Assembly (NCBI GenBank): GCA_937952085.1
Contig: CALFYQ010000101.1
Coordinates: 1-58,619 of the forward strand
Length of the DNA stretch: 58,619 nucleotides
Reading direction: 5' to 3'
DNA from: an uncultured Rhodobacteraceae bacterium
Lineage (GTDB): Bacteria; Pseudomonadota; Alphaproteobacteria; Rhodobacterales; Rhodobacteraceae
Shown: positions 1 to 10,176 of the stretch, one piece after another
How the letters are laid out: the number at the start of each line of letters is the position of its first letter
Numbering within the stretch: position 1 is the stretch's first letter
Notes under the pieces: generated by a model
Seen by the model: the letters and a program-made list of their open reading frames with translations, nothing else
What the model was told of the DNA's origin: nothing
Database searches by the model: none
Translations under genes and position numbers: made by a program

Positions 1-897
1 CCGACCGTCCGCGGCCGCGACCGAAAGCGCGAGCGGGATCGAGGCGGCGGACGTGTTGCCGTGATCCTGCACCGTGACGACGACCCGCTCCATCGGCAGG
101 CCCATCTTCTTCGCGGTGGAGGCGATGATGCGGAGATTCGCCTGGTGGGGGACCATCCAGTCGATCTCCTCCGGCTTCACGCCGGCCGCGTTCATCACCT
201 CGTGGGCGACCTCGGCGAGCTTGACGACGGCGTGCTTGAAGACTTCCTGCCCCTCCATGCGGACATGGCCGGCCGCGCCCGTGCTCGAGGGGCCGCCATC
301 GACATAGAGAAGATCCCGATGCGCGCCGTCGGAACGGAGCTTCACCCCGAGGACGCCGCGATCCGTCAGCGCGCCCGTCCCCTCCTCGGCGCGGAGGACG
401 ATGGCGCCGGCGCCGTCGCCAAAGAGGACGCAGGTGCGCCGGTCGGTGAAGTCGAGAATGCGGGAGAAGGTCTCCGCCCCGATCACCAGCACGGTGCGCG
501 CCTGGCCGACCTTGATCATCGCGTCCGCGGTGGCGAGCGCGTACATGAAGCCGGCGCAAACCGCCTGAACGTCGAAGGCGAAGCCCTTCGCGCCGATCGC
601 GTGCTGCACCTGGGTGGCGGTTGCGGGGAAGGTGTTGTCGGGCGTCGCGGTGGCGAGGATGATCGCGTCGACCTCCGCGCCTTCGACGCCGGCGTCGGCG
701 AGCGCGGCGCGGGCGGCGGCGATGGCGAGATCGGAGGTCTTTTCCCCTTCGGCGGCGAAATGGCGACGCTCGATTCCGGTTCGCTCGCGAATCCACTGGT
801 CCGACGTGTCGAGCGATTTCGCGAACTCGGCGTTCTCGACCACCCGGTCCGGAAGACGATGGCCGCACCCGGCGACAACGGCGCGCGTAACGGTCAT
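1..897 (-). CDS. fabH: 3-oxoacyl-ACP synthase III (3' end runs off window)
   Basis: Manual translation from ATG at 897 gives [12 protein letters not shown]...[13 protein letters not shown]...DVQAVCAGF (catalytic Cys), [21 protein letters not shown]. Lies directly downstream of plsX. Confidence 0.96.
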   Translation of the reverse strand, partial: MTVTRAVVAGCGHRLPDRVVENAEFAKSLDTSDQWIRERTGIERRHFAAEGEKTSDLAIAAARAALADAGVEGAEVDAIILATATPDNTFPATATQVQHAIGAKGFAFDVQAVCAGFMYALATADAMIKVGQARTVLVIGAETFSRILDFTDRRTCVLFGDGAGAIVLRAEEGTGALTDRGVLGVKLRSDGAHRDLLYVDGGPSSTGAAGHVRMEGQEVFKHAVVKLAEVAHEVMNAAGVKPEEIDWMVPHQANLRIIASTAKKMGLPMERVVVTVQDHGNTSAASIPLALSVAAADGR

Positions 898-917
898 GCC
901 TTCCCCATCGACGGCTC

Positions 918-1985
918 TCACCCGCCGCTCTGATCTGCGCCGATAACGCGGCGCCCGGCCGGAAGCAAGGCTACCCGGTCCGCCACGCGGCGGGCGAAGC
1001 CCGTCTCCGCCATGCGCGCCGCGAGCTTCACCGCGGCCGAAACGCCGGTCGCGTCGGCGGAGCCGTGGCTCTTCACCACCGCGCCGTTGAGGCCGAGGAA
1101 CACTCCGCCATTGACCCGGCGCGGGTCGATCCGCTTGCGAAGGCGGGAGAGGGAACCATAGGCCAGAAGGGCGGCGAGGCGGGAAAGGAGGGTCTTGGTG
1201 AAGCTTTCCCGCATCGCGCCGCTGATGAAGCGGGCGGTGCCCTCGGCGGTCTTCAGCGCGATGTTGCCGGTGAAGCCGTCCGTCACCACCACGTCCACCC
1301 GGTCGGAGACGATGTCGCCGCCCTCGATGAAGCCGACATAGTCGAACTCGCCCGCGCCCGCGCCGACGCCGCCGACGAGCGCCGCGGCCTCGCGCAGTTC
1401 GGGCCGGCCCTTCGTCTCTTCGGAGCCGACATTCAGCAGGCCGACGCGCGGCCGGGCCAGAGAGAAGGAAAGCCGGGCGTATTCCGCGCCCATGACCGCG
1501 AATTCCGCCATCGTGTGCGGGTCCGCCCGCACGTCGGCGCCGACATCGAGCACGATGTTGTAGCCATGCGGCGCGCCGGAGGGCCAGGTGACGGCGATGG
1601 CCGGCCGGTCGACGCCAGGCGCGGTGCGGAGCCGGAGCATCGCCAGCGCCATCAGCGCACCGGTATTGCCGCAGCTCACCGCGGCCTGCGCCTCGCCGGC
1701 CTTCACCGCGTCGAGCGCCGAAAGCATCGAGGTGCCCTGCGCGTGGCGGATCACCCAGGAGGGCTTTGCGTCCATCGGAACGGTGGCCTCGGCGTGCCGC
1801 ACTTCGCAGACGTCGCTCAACTCCCGCCGGCGCTTCAGCAGCGGTTCGATCACCGCGCCGTCGCCGTGCAGGAGAAAGGAGAGGTTCGGATTCTTGCGGA
1901 ACGACTTGGCCAGGCCGGCGATCACCGGCGCCGGGCCGCGGTCGCCGCCCGCCGCATCGACGGAGATGACCGTTCGACCGCTCAT
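918..1985 (-). CDS. plsX: Phosphate acyltransferase
   Basis: [35 protein letters not shown] and VVKSHG motifs; rpmF-plsX-fabH context. Confidence 0.97.
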   Translation of the reverse strand: MSGRTVISVDAAGGDRGPAPVIAGLAKSFRKNPNLSFLLHGDGAVIEPLLKRRRELSDVCEVRHAEATVPMDAKPSWVIRHAQGTSMLSALDAVKAGEAQAAVSCGNTGALMALAMLRLRTAPGVDRPAIAVTWPSGAPHGYNIVLDVGADVRADPHTMAEFAVMGAEYARLSFSLARPRVGLLNVGSEETKGRPELREAAALVGGVGAGAGEFDYVGFIEGGDIVSDRVDVVVTDGFTGNIALKTAEGTARFISGAMRESFTKTLLSRLAALLAYGSLSRLRKRIDPRRVNGGVFLGLNGAVVKSHGSADATGVSAAVKLAARMAETGFARRVADRVALLPAGRRVIGADQSGG

Positions 1986-2027
1986 GCCCCTCGCCTCCGC
2001 GCCCGCGCGGAGGCGCGGGCCTCGACC

Positions 2028-2234
2028 TTACGCCGCGTCCTCGTCGAGGTCGACCTCGGGCGTCTTCGCCACGACTTCGCGGCCGTCATAGTGGCCGCAG
2101 GCGCCACAGACGTGATGCGGTCGCTTCAGTTCGCCGCAATTCGCGCATTCGAGATAGCTCGTCGCCTTCAGCGCGTCGTGGCTACGGCGCATGTTGCGCT
2201 TGGAGGACGTTTTTCGGTTCTGTGGGACCGCCAT
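2028..2234 (-). CDS. rpmF: 50S ribosomal protein L32, Zn-ribbon form
   Basis: [19 protein letters not shown]...CANC...[13 protein letters not shown] at 2234. Confidence 0.97.
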   Translation of the reverse strand: MAVPQNRKTSSKRNMRRSHDALKATSYLECANCGELKRPHHVCGACGHYDGREVVAKTPEVDLDEDAA

Positions 2235-2352
2235 GATCCTGATCCTTCGCATGCCGGTCCGCGCCGGCCGGGGCCCCTGAGACCCCCTGAAAACACGAGG
2301 CGCGGAACATACGCGAATCCGCGCCGCCCGCAACCCCCCGGCGGCGGGCGGT

Positions 2353-3282
2353 TCAGGCCCCCTCCGGCGCGCCCTTCGCCCAGGGCGAAAGCGCGGCGGC
2401 GATGAAGCCGTGAACCGGCGCCTCAATGCCCACCTCGCCGGCGAGCCGCGCCACCGAACCGGAGAGGAACGGCAGTTCCAGCGCCTTGCCGCGGCTCAGA
2501 TCCTCCAGCATCGAGGAGCGCATCCCCTCCGGCAGCCCGCCGATCAGGCCCCAGACCTTCTCGAGATTCGACTCGGGAAGCGTGGGACAGAGCTTTCGCC
2601 CGACGGCGTGCGCCTCCTCGACGGCGCGGCGAAGCAGCGCGCTCGCCGCCTCGTTCCGCCGGATCGGGCCGATCGGAAGGCGGGTGACGGCGGTGACGCC
2701 GGAAAAGGACGAGAGGAACGTGAATTTCTCCCAGATCCGCGCCTCGATGTCGGAGACGAGCGAGGCCTCGACGCCGGCCGCATGGAATGCCGCCAGAAGG
2801 GCGAGGGCGCGCGGGCTTTCCGCGCCGTCGAACTCACCGAAGAAGACGCGGGCGAAGGCGCCGCCATGGCGCACCGCGCCCGGCTTCGAGAGCACGGCGG
2901 GGATCTGCGTCGTCCCGCCCATCACCCGGCCGTCGCCATAGGCCTCGGCGATCAACCGCCGCGCGTCGACGCCGTTCTGGAGGGAGAGGATCGTCGTCTC
3001 CGGCCCGACCAGCGGACGCATCTCCTCGAGCGCGGCCGGCGCGTCCTGCATCTTCACGAGGAAGAGGACGAGATCGACCGGCCCGATCTCGGCCGGGTCC
3101 GCCGTCGCCTTCACCTCGGGCAGGTGGAGGTCGCCGAACGGGCTCTCGATGCGGAGGCCCTCCGCCTTCAGCGCCGAGAGATTCGCGCCGCGCGCGACAT
3201 AGGCGACCTCGGTCCCCGCCGCTTGGAGCCGCCCGCCATAGTAGAGCCCGAGCGCGCCTGCGCCCATCACCGCGATCCGCAT
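2353..3282 (-). CDS. panE: Ketopantoate reductase family protein
   Basis: GAGALG Rossmann motif, LQNG, WEKF, SSMLED, LE motifs. Confidence 0.88.
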   Translation of the reverse strand: MRIAVMGAGALGLYYGGRLQAAGTEVAYVARGANLSALKAEGLRIESPFGDLHLPEVKATADPAEIGPVDLVLFLVKMQDAPAALEEMRPLVGPETTILSLQNGVDARRLIAEAYGDGRVMGGTTQIPAVLSKPGAVRHGGAFARVFFGEFDGAESPRALALLAAFHAAGVEASLVSDIEARIWEKFTFLSSFSGVTAVTRLPIGPIRRNEAASALLRRAVEEAHAVGRKLCPTLPESNLEKVWGLIGGLPEGMRSSMLEDLSRGKALELPFLSGSVARLAGEVGIEAPVHGFIAAALSPWAKGAPEGA

Positions 3283-3291
3283 GAAGTCTCC

Positions 3292-4080
3292 TCAGTCGAT
3301 TCTCGACGCATCCTTGAACATGACCTTGTGGCGCCGTTCGCGAATCCACGCGGAGAATTCGGCGTCGGTCATGTGGCGCGCCTCGTCGTACTTGTCCCGC
3401 ATGGCGATCTCGTCCAGCGGCCGGCGCCAGCGCTTGTAGGGTTTCTGCGCCGGCGGGCCGAAAAGGAAGATGTCGAGCACCGCCATCCCCTCAGGGATGC
3501 CGAGAAGCGGCCGCATTGCCTCCTGCGCCGCCTCCTGCCCGATCGCCGTCACCCACCAGACGCAATAGCCGAGCGCGGCGGCGGCCAGATGCGCCGACAT
3601 CGTGGCCGCGGCGACCGACTGGAGGAGGATGCGCTCGGCGTTCTCCCGATACATCCGGTCGAGATCGGAGCCGTCGTTCAGCACCGGGAAGGCGTTCACC
3701 CAGCGCGGATCGGAGAGAACGACGATGAAGCCCGGCGCCTCGGCGAGGCCGCGATAATCGGGCGTCGGGAACTTCATCTTCGCCTTGGCGCGAAACCGCT
3801 GCTCGGCGACGAAATAATCGGCGATCTGCCGCTTCACCTCCGGCTCGCGGACGACGATGAAGCTCCAGGGCTGGGAATTGGCGCCGGACGGGGCGTGCCG
3901 CGCCGCCTCCAGGATCAGGTCGTAATGCTCCTCCGGCACGGTGAAGGCCGGTTCGAACTTCCGGACCGTGACGCGATTCCGCATCACCTCGATCAGCGCG
4001 TCATAGCGCGCGCGGTCGCCGATCGGCGGGAGATCCACCTCCGCCTCGGGTGGGGCGGCGGCGGGTTCGGGCGCGTTCAT
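3292..4080 (-). CDS. Nitroreductase-family FMN protein
   Basis: RVTVRKF, APSGANSQPWSF, LAAAALG. Confidence 0.88.
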   Translation of the reverse strand: MNAPEPAAAPPEAEVDLPPIGDRARYDALIEVMRNRVTVRKFEPAFTVPEEHYDLILEAARHAPSGANSQPWSFIVVREPEVKRQIADYFVAEQRFRAKAKMKFPTPDYRGLAEAPGFIVVLSDPRWVNAFPVLNDGSDLDRMYRENAERILLQSVAAATMSAHLAAAALGYCVWWVTAIGQEAAQEAMRPLLGIPEGMAVLDIFLFGPPAQKPYKRWRRPLDEIAMRDKYDEARHMTDAEFSAWIRERRHKVMFKDASRID

Positions 4081-4126
4081 CCTTCCTCCTCCGGCCTCTC
4101 TCGGGCCGCTGTCGCCGGCGGCGGGT

Positions 4127-4681
4127 TCAGCCCCTCTCCAGCCGGGCCTTCAGCGCGGCGAGTTGCGCGAAGGGCTTCTCGCGCTCCTCGCTGATCGGCT
4201 CCTCGCCGGGCGGCGCGGAGCGCGCGGTCTCGAACACGGCGCCCTCGGCGCGCGGCCAGGGATCGAGCGCGAGCGCGAAGGTCTCGACCGCCGCAGCGCC
4301 GAGATCGACGCCGGCGCCGAGCGGCTCCGGCGGGTCCTCCGCCTCGGGGTCGACGCCGAGATCGAGCGCCGGGTCGGGCTCGACGCCCGGCTCGTAACGC
4401 CGCTCGAAGGTCTCGTCGATCGCCGCGGGCACGGGCGCGAGCGTGACGACGCAAAGCTGCGTCGCCTTCGCGCGGAGCCGCCCGTCCAGGCGCCAGCCCT
4501 CGCGCCCGGCGCGGCCGAGTTTCGCTTCCACTTCAAAGCTTTCGATGGCGGGAAGGTCGAAGGCTTCCGCCAGCGCGGCGCGTTCCCCCTCGCTGGCGCG
4601 CTCGACGATGGTCTTGCCGGCGAGGGCGGCGAGGTCGCGGAGCGGCAGGAAGCGGGGGAAGAAGCGGGACGGATCGAACAT
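4127..4681 (-). CDS. yceD: YceD/DUF177 family protein
   Basis: QLCVVTLAPV, LALDPWPRAEG, KPFAQLAALK; divergent from bamE. Confidence 0.9.
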   Translation of the reverse strand: MFDPSRFFPRFLPLRDLAALAGKTIVERASEGERAALAEAFDLPAIESFEVEAKLGRAGREGWRLDGRLRAKATQLCVVTLAPVPAAIDETFERRYEPGVEPDPALDLGVDPEAEDPPEPLGAGVDLGAAAVETFALALDPWPRAEGAVFETARSAPPGEEPISEEREKPFAQLAALKARLERG

Positions 4682-4774
4682 CTCGCGGCTCTCCTCAGGC
4701 GGTCTTGCGGTTAGATCATGTGCGGGCTATCCGAAACAAGGCCCGAGAACGGATGGGTCGGGAGGAGACGGGGC

Positions 4775-5275
4775 ATGTCGAGCTTCCGCGTGAAGGCGGT
4801 CGGAGGGCTGGGAGCCGTCGCTGCGGCGATGCTGCTCGCGGCCTGCGAGCCGACCTACACCAACCACGGCTTCGCGCCGCAGCTTGCCGATCTCGACACG
4901 ATCAACGCCGGCGAGGACACCCGCGGCTCCGTGATGCGAAAGCTCGGGCGGCCCTCGACCATCTCCAGCTTCGACTCGAACGCCTGGTACTACGACGCCT
5001 CCAAGGTTGAGACCTACGCCTTCTACGAACCGAAGGTGATCGAGCGGAAGGTCGTCGCCGTGCAGTTCGACGAGAACGGCCTCGTCACCAACGTAGCGAG
5101 CTATGGGCTTGAGGACGGGCAGATCGTCGATCTCATCACTCGCCGAACGCCGACCTATGGCCGCGAGCTCACGGTGCTCCAGCAGGTGTTCGGCAATCTC
5201 GGCCGGTTCAATGCGGACCAGGTCTTCAGCGGACGGTCTCCCGGAACCCCCGGCGGCACGCCCGGCAACCCGTAG
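4775..5275 (+). CDS. bamE: Outer membrane assembly lipoprotein BamE
   Basis: Lipobox LAAC, LGRPS, WYY, RKVVAVQFDENG; GGAGGAG RBS before ATG 4775. Confidence 0.92.
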   Translation: MSSFRVKAVGGLGAVAAAMLLAACEPTYTNHGFAPQLADLDTINAGEDTRGSVMRKLGRPSTISSFDSNAWYYDASKVETYAFYEPKVIERKVVAVQFDENGLVTNVASYGLEDGQIVDLITRRTPTYGRELTVLQQVFGNLGRFNADQVFSGRSPGTPGGTPGNP

Positions 5276-5297
5276 GGCGCCGCGCCGCCCGCGCGGC

Positions 5298-6530
5298 TCA
5301 ACCGCGCCGGCGTCGGAATCCGAACCAGATCAGCGTGGCCCCGGCCAGAGCCAGAAACGGCGCGACCGCAAAGTTCACCGCGCTCCACCCCGCCTCGACG
5401 CTCTCGAACCCGTGGAGGAGCGCGCCCGAGGAGAGCGACGCCACCGTCACCAGCCCGAACACCAGAAAGTCGTTGAGGCCCTGCACCTTCGCGCGCTCCT
5501 CCGGCCGCTGCCCGGCGGTGAGCATGTCGGTCGCGCCGATGAAGCCGAAGTTCCAGCCGACGCCTAGGAGGACCAGCGCGACGAAGAACTGGAGCGCATG
5601 GGTCCCGGTGAGGGCGACAATGGCGGTGAGGCCGAGAAGGAGGAGCCCCGTCGCGACGATCCGCACCGCGCCGAACCGGGCGATCAGGTGGCCGGTGAAG
5701 AAGGAGGGCACGAACATCGCCAGCACATGCGCGGAGACGACCGAGCCCGCCATGTCCGGCGTGAAGCCGCAGCCGACCACGGCGAGCGGCGTCGCTGTCA
5801 TCACGAGGTTCATCAGCGCGTAGGAAACCATGGCGCAGATGATCGCGGTGCGGATCCGCGGCTCTGCCAGGATCTCCCGCATCGGCCGGCCCGAGGGCGC
5901 GCCGCGCGAGCGCCGGGCCGGTCTCGGAATGTCGAGGAGGAAGAAGATCGGGCCGGCGAGGAGGTTGAGGCAGGCCGCGGCGAGATAGGCGCCGGCGAAA
6001 GGCACCGGGGCCAGCATGTCCCGCGCATAGGGCACGATCATCTGCGGCCCGATGATCGCCGCCGCCAGCCCGCCCGCCATGACATAGGAGATCGCCTTCG
6101 GCCGGAACGCCGGCGAGGCGGTGTCCGCCGCCGCGAAGCGGTACTGGCCCTGCGCCGCCTGGTAGACGCCGACAAGCGCCGCCCCCACGAGGAGGAGCGG
6201 AAAGCTCCCCTCGATCAGCGCCAGCGCCGCCAGCAGCGCCCCAAGGCCGCCGCCCGTCACGCCGATCATGAACCCGGTCCGCCGCCCGCGCCGCCCCATG
6301 ATCATCGCGATCAGCGGCGCGGAGAGCATCGAGCAGAACACCGTCGCCGAGATCGGCAGCGTCGCAAGGCGCGGATCGGGCGCGAGGATCGACCCCGAAA
6401 GCCCGCCGAGGGTGAAATGCACCGGCATCTGCGCGCCGAGCACGGCGCTCGCCATGGCGAGAATCGCGACGTTGCGCCGCGCGCGACGGTCGTCGGTTGC
6501 GGGGGCGGTCGGCGCGGCGGCGATGTTCAT
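5298..6530 (-). CDS. MFS transporter
   Basis: About 12 hydrophobic segments; GRRGRR motif A, YRFAAAD, GWNFGF. Confidence 0.92.
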   Translation of the reverse strand: MNIAAAPTAPATDDRRARRNVAILAMASAVLGAQMPVHFTLGGLSGSILAPDPRLATLPISATVFCSMLSAPLIAMIMGRRGRRTGFMIGVTGGGLGALLAALALIEGSFPLLLVGAALVGVYQAAQGQYRFAAADTASPAFRPKAISYVMAGGLAAAIIGPQMIVPYARDMLAPVPFAGAYLAAACLNLLAGPIFFLLDIPRPARRSRGAPSGRPMREILAEPRIRTAIICAMVSYALMNLVMTATPLAVVGCGFTPDMAGSVVSAHVLAMFVPSFFTGHLIARFGAVRIVATGLLLLGLTAIVALTGTHALQFFVALVLLGVGWNFGFIGATDMLTAGQRPEERAKVQGLNDFLVFGLVTVASLSSGALLHGFESVEAGWSAVNFAVAPFLALAGATLIWFGFRRRRG

Positions 6531-7014
6531 GCGAAAGCTCCTCGCGCGCGGTTTGTCACGCGCCGAAGCCGGGCGCCAGCCCAGGCGCCGGGGCGCGTGA
6601 CTTTCCGCATCGACCGGACGGGATTCGTGGCCCCTCCTCCGTCACTGGCGAGCGTCGTGGTTCGTGGGGCGCAGTGGGGCCCTGTAAGCGGCGCCCGCCG
6701 GCCGTCGCCGGCCTTCATCGGCCGGCGCGACCCGCCGGCGCCGCCGCATCCAAGGCGGAGCCGGAGGGCGGGCGCGTCGCCCCTCGCGTACGCGCCCGCC
6801 CGCGCGGGGCGCCGCGGCCTCGCGCGCCAAGCGCGCCTTCGGCCGCCGCTTCGGTTCCGACCGAGGCGCGAATCGTGGAAGAGAAGCTTTGCCGGGAACG
6901 CCCGCGGGGCGGGCCTCCGCCGGGCGTAGGGCCTTTGCGGCGGCCCAAAAAGCGGGCCGGCTGCGCCGGTCGATGAGGCGAGCCTTGACCCCGCCGGCAA
7001 GGCCGGCGCGCCGA

Positions 7015-7503
7015 TCAGGCGGCGACGACGATCCAGGGTTCGGGAAGATGGCGCTCCTCGAGATTCGCGCCCTCGCCGATCCGGTCCACCACGGCGAAGA
7101 GGCTGGGGGCGGCGAGCGGGGTGAGGACGCCGTGCCAGACGTTGCGGCCGATGCTCACCCCTTCCCCCGGCGCGGCGATGAAAGCGCGCGGCCGGCCCGG
7201 CGCGCCGCCCTCGTCGGGCGCGACGGTGACGAGGAAGGGCGCGAGGCTCATCGGAAGGAAGGCCTGGCTGCCGAGCGGATGCCGCTCCATCAGGTCAAGC
7301 CGGTGGGGCAGGGCGCGCGGCATTGCGTCGAAGAGGCTGATCCCGGCGCGGCCCTCCGCGATGTCGGGCGCGGCGAGGTCATGGTGGCGGCCGCAGAGCC
7401 CGGCGTTGATTACCCGGTCCGGCCAAGCCCGGCGGCGGATCACCTCGCCGAAGGGCGCGAACGCCTCGGGCGTCAGCGGCTCCGCGACGATCGTCCGGCT
7501 CAC
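7015..7503 (-). CDS. allA: Ureidoglycolate lyase
   Basis: EPLTPEAFAPFG, ERHPLGSQAF, NVWHG; GTG at 7503 overlaps the upstream stop. Confidence 0.9.
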   Translation of the reverse strand: MSRTIVAEPLTPEAFAPFGEVIRRRAWPDRVINAGLCGRHHDLAAPDIAEGRAGISLFDAMPRALPHRLDLMERHPLGSQAFLPMSLAPFLVTVAPDEGGAPGRPRAFIAAPGEGVSIGRNVWHGVLTPLAAPSLFAVVDRIGEGANLEERHLPEPWIVVAA

Positions 7504-8318
7504 CGCAGCCTCAGCCGGGGCAGGCGGTTCACATCCTTGTAGAGGAGATAGCGGAAATTCCCCGGCCCGGCCGCATAGCAGCCCTGCGGGCAGAAGGCGC
7601 GGAGCCACATGAAATCCCCGGCTTCGACCTCCACCCAGTCTCCGTTCAGGCGGTAGACCGCCTTCCCCTCCAGCACGTAGAGCCCGTGCTCCATCACATG
7701 GGTCTCGGCGAACGGGATGACGCCGCCCGGCTTGAAGGTGACGACGTTGAGGTGGAAGTCATGCCGCAGGTCATTGGCGTCGATGAACCGCGTCGTGCCC
7801 CAGACCTCGCCGCTATCCGGCATCCAGTTCACCGCCATGGAGGCGTCGGCGCAGAAGATCGGGTCGGGCGGCGTTATGCCCGGCGCCGGCTCCCAGGCCT
7901 TGCGCACCCAGTGGAAGACGGCCGGCTGCGCCCGCTCGTTCCGCACCTTCCAGCCGCAGCCCGGCGGCAGATAGGCGAAGCCGCCGGGGCCGAGCGACCG
8001 GACGTCGTCGCCGATCTCGACGCGCGCCTCGCCCGAGACGAGGAAGAGCGCGGCGGCGGCCTCCGGGTCCGCTTCCGGCGCGTCGGAGCCGCCGCCGGGG
8101 GAAAGCTCCATGATCGTCCAGGAAAAGGTCTCGGCGAAGCCGCTGAGCGGTCGCGCCAGGATCCAGCCGCGCGCGCCCTCCCAGCCGGGGAAGAGGCTCG
8201 TCACGATGTCCCGCTGCACGCCTTTCGGAATCACCGCATAGGCTTCGGTGAAGATGGCGCGGTCCGTCATCAACTGGGTCTGCGGCGGCAATCCGCCGGG
8301 TGGCGTGGCGTAGCGCAT
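7500..8318 (-). CDS. Bifunctional allantoicase/(S)-ureidoglycine aminohydrolase (bicupin)
   Basis: ETHVMEHGLYVLEG, FCPQ, YLLYKDVNR; purine catabolism context. Confidence 0.92.
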   Translation of the reverse strand: MRYATPPGGLPPQTQLMTDRAIFTEAYAVIPKGVQRDIVTSLFPGWEGARGWILARPLSGFAETFSWTIMELSPGGGSDAPEADPEAAAALFLVSGEARVEIGDDVRSLGPGGFAYLPPGCGWKVRNERAQPAVFHWVRKAWEPAPGITPPDPIFCADASMAVNWMPDSGEVWGTTRFIDANDLRHDFHLNVVTFKPGGVIPFAETHVMEHGLYVLEGKAVYRLNGDWVEVEAGDFMWLRAFCPQGCYAAGPGNFRYLLYKDVNRLPRLRLR

Positions 8319-8319
8319 G

Positions 8320-9735
8320 CTATTCCCCGAAAAGGGCGCGGAGGCGGAGGAGGGCGATCCGCTCCACCTGCCGGCAGGCCTCGGCGAACTCCGTCGCCTT
8401 GTCGTTGGCGATGCGCCGCTCGAAGGCAGCGAGGATGCCGGCCTTGTCGTGGTCGCGCACCGCGATGATGAACGGGAACCCGTGCTTCGCCATGTAGCCG
8501 TCGTTCAACTCGGTGAAGCGGGCGCGCTCCGCGTCGGTGAGGGAATCGAGGCCGGCCGAGGCCTGCTCGGCGGTCGAATCCGCGGTGAGCCGCTTCGCCG
8601 CGGCGAGCTTGCCGGCAAGGTCCGGATGGGCGCGGAGAACGCCCAGCCGTTCCTCCTCCGAGGCGGAGCGGAAGGCGCGGGCGAGGGCGTTCTGGAGCCC
8701 GGCGGCGCAGTCATGCGCCGGGCCAAGCTCGAGCCCATAGGCGCGCTCGGCGATCCAGGGGCTGTGCTCGAAGATCCCGCAGAACCGCGCGACGAAATCG
8801 CCGCGGCCCATGTCCGAAGGCCGAAGCCGCTCCACCGGCGGATGCTCGCGCGCCCAGTGCTCGGCGATGTCGATGCGCCGGGCGAACCAGACGCCGGGCT
8901 TCGAGCGGGCGTGGTCGAGGAATCGCTTCAGCGCGAGGATGCGCCCCGGCCGGCCGACGAGCCGGCAATGAAGGCCGACCGAGAGCATCTTCGGCGCCCC
9001 CGCCAGCCCCTCCTCGTAGAGCGCGTCGAAACTGTCCCTGAGATAGGCGAAGAACTGGTCGCCCGAATTGAAGCCCTGCGGCGTCGCGAAGCGCATGTCG
9101 TTGGCGTCGAGCGTGTATGGGACGATGAGTTGATCCCGCCCGCCGAGCTTCGCCCAATATGGCAGATCGTCGGCGTAAGCATCTGCAAGATAGGCGAAAC
9201 GGCCCGTCTCGGCGGCGAGGTCGAGCGTCGCGATGGAGGAGCGGCCGGTGTACCAGCCGCGCGGCGGATGCCCGACCACTTCCGCATGGAGGCGGATCGC
9301 CTCCTCCATGTCGGCGCGCTCGGCCGCCGGCGAATGGTCCCGGTAGTCGATCCATTTGAGGCCGTGGGAGGCGATCTCCCAGCCTGACGCCTTCATCGCC
9401 GCGACCTGTTCGGGCGAGCGGGCAAGCGCGGTGGCGACGCCGTAGACCGTCACCGGAACCCCGTATTCGTCAAGGAGGCGCCGGAGCCGCCAGAACCCGG
9501 CCCGCGCGCCGTATTCGTAGATCGATTCCATGTTGGCGTGGCGCATCCCGGGCCAGGGCGCCGCTCCGACGATTTCGGACAGGAACGCCTCCGAGGCCGC
9601 GTCGCCGTGGAGGACGCAGTTCTCGCCGCCTTCCTCGTAGTTGACGACGATCTGCACGGCGATCTTCGCCCCGCCCGGCCAGCGCGGGTCGGGCGCGTCG
9701 GGCCCATAGCCCCGCATGTCGCGTTCGTAGCGCAT
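8320..9735 (-). CDS. puuE: Allantoinase PuuE fused to C-terminal OHCU decarboxylase (UraD)
   Basis: [28 protein letters not shown]-terminal [26 protein letters not shown]. Confidence 0.95.
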   Translation of the reverse strand: MRYERDMRGYGPDAPDPRWPGGAKIAVQIVVNYEEGGENCVLHGDAASEAFLSEIVGAAPWPGMRHANMESIYEYGARAGFWRLRRLLDEYGVPVTVYGVATALARSPEQVAAMKASGWEIASHGLKWIDYRDHSPAAERADMEEAIRLHAEVVGHPPRGWYTGRSSIATLDLAAETGRFAYLADAYADDLPYWAKLGGRDQLIVPYTLDANDMRFATPQGFNSGDQFFAYLRDSFDALYEEGLAGAPKMLSVGLHCRLVGRPGRILALKRFLDHARSKPGVWFARRIDIAEHWAREHPPVERLRPSDMGRGDFVARFCGIFEHSPWIAERAYGLELGPAHDCAAGLQNALARAFRSASEEERLGVLRAHPDLAGKLAAAKRLTADSTAEQASAGLDSLTDAERARFTELNDGYMAKHGFPFIIAVRDHDKAGILAAFERRIANDKATEFAEACRQVERIALLRLRALFGE

Positions 9736-9840
9736 CTCCACCTCTCAGGCCCGATCCCTCCCGATCGGCCGGCGCGGCGCAAGGGCTTTTCTCTGCGCGG
9801 CCGCCGTCGCATTCTCGCAGCCGCGAAAGAGGGAGCGGCG

Positions 9841-10176
9841 ATGCCCGGCTATTTGACCACCCATGTGCTGGACACCGCCCGCGGCAAGCCGGCGGAGGGC
9901 ATGCGCGTCGATCTCTGGCGGATCGAGGGGGAGACGCGGCGGCATCTGCGCACCCTCACCACCAACGAGGACGGGCGCACCGACGAGCCGATCCTGCCCG
10001 AGGCGGAATGGGAGCCGGGGCTATACGAGCTCGCCTTCCATGTCGGGGCCTGGGGCGGCGAGGCGGAGCCCTTCCTCGACCTCCTGCCGATCCGCTTCCG
10101 CATGGCGGAGGCGACGCATTACCACGTCCCGCTCCTCGTATCGCCCTACGGCTATTCGACCTACCGGGGGAGCTGA
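9841..10176 (+). CDS. uraH: 5-hydroxyisourate hydrolase
   Basis: [21 protein letters not shown]-terminal YRGS. Confidence 0.96.
   Translation: MPGYLTTHVLDTARGKPAEGMRVDLWRIEGETRRHLRTLTTNEDGRTDEPILPEAEWEPGLYELAFHVGAWGGEAEPFLDLLPIRFRMAEATHYHVPLLVSPYGYSTYRGS

Noticed and set aside
61..933. Long ORFs in the track antisense to or frame-shifted from real genes (e.g. 61-933+, 2410-4194+, 23401-25446+, 27343-29217-, 53826-56390-)
   Set aside because: Shadow ORFs expected at this GC content; they overlap well-supported genes and show no recognisable motifs
6640..6670. Guanidine-II riboswitch (two ACGA on the minus strand upstream of the MFS gene)
   Set aside because: The ACGA tetramers are not closed by GC stems
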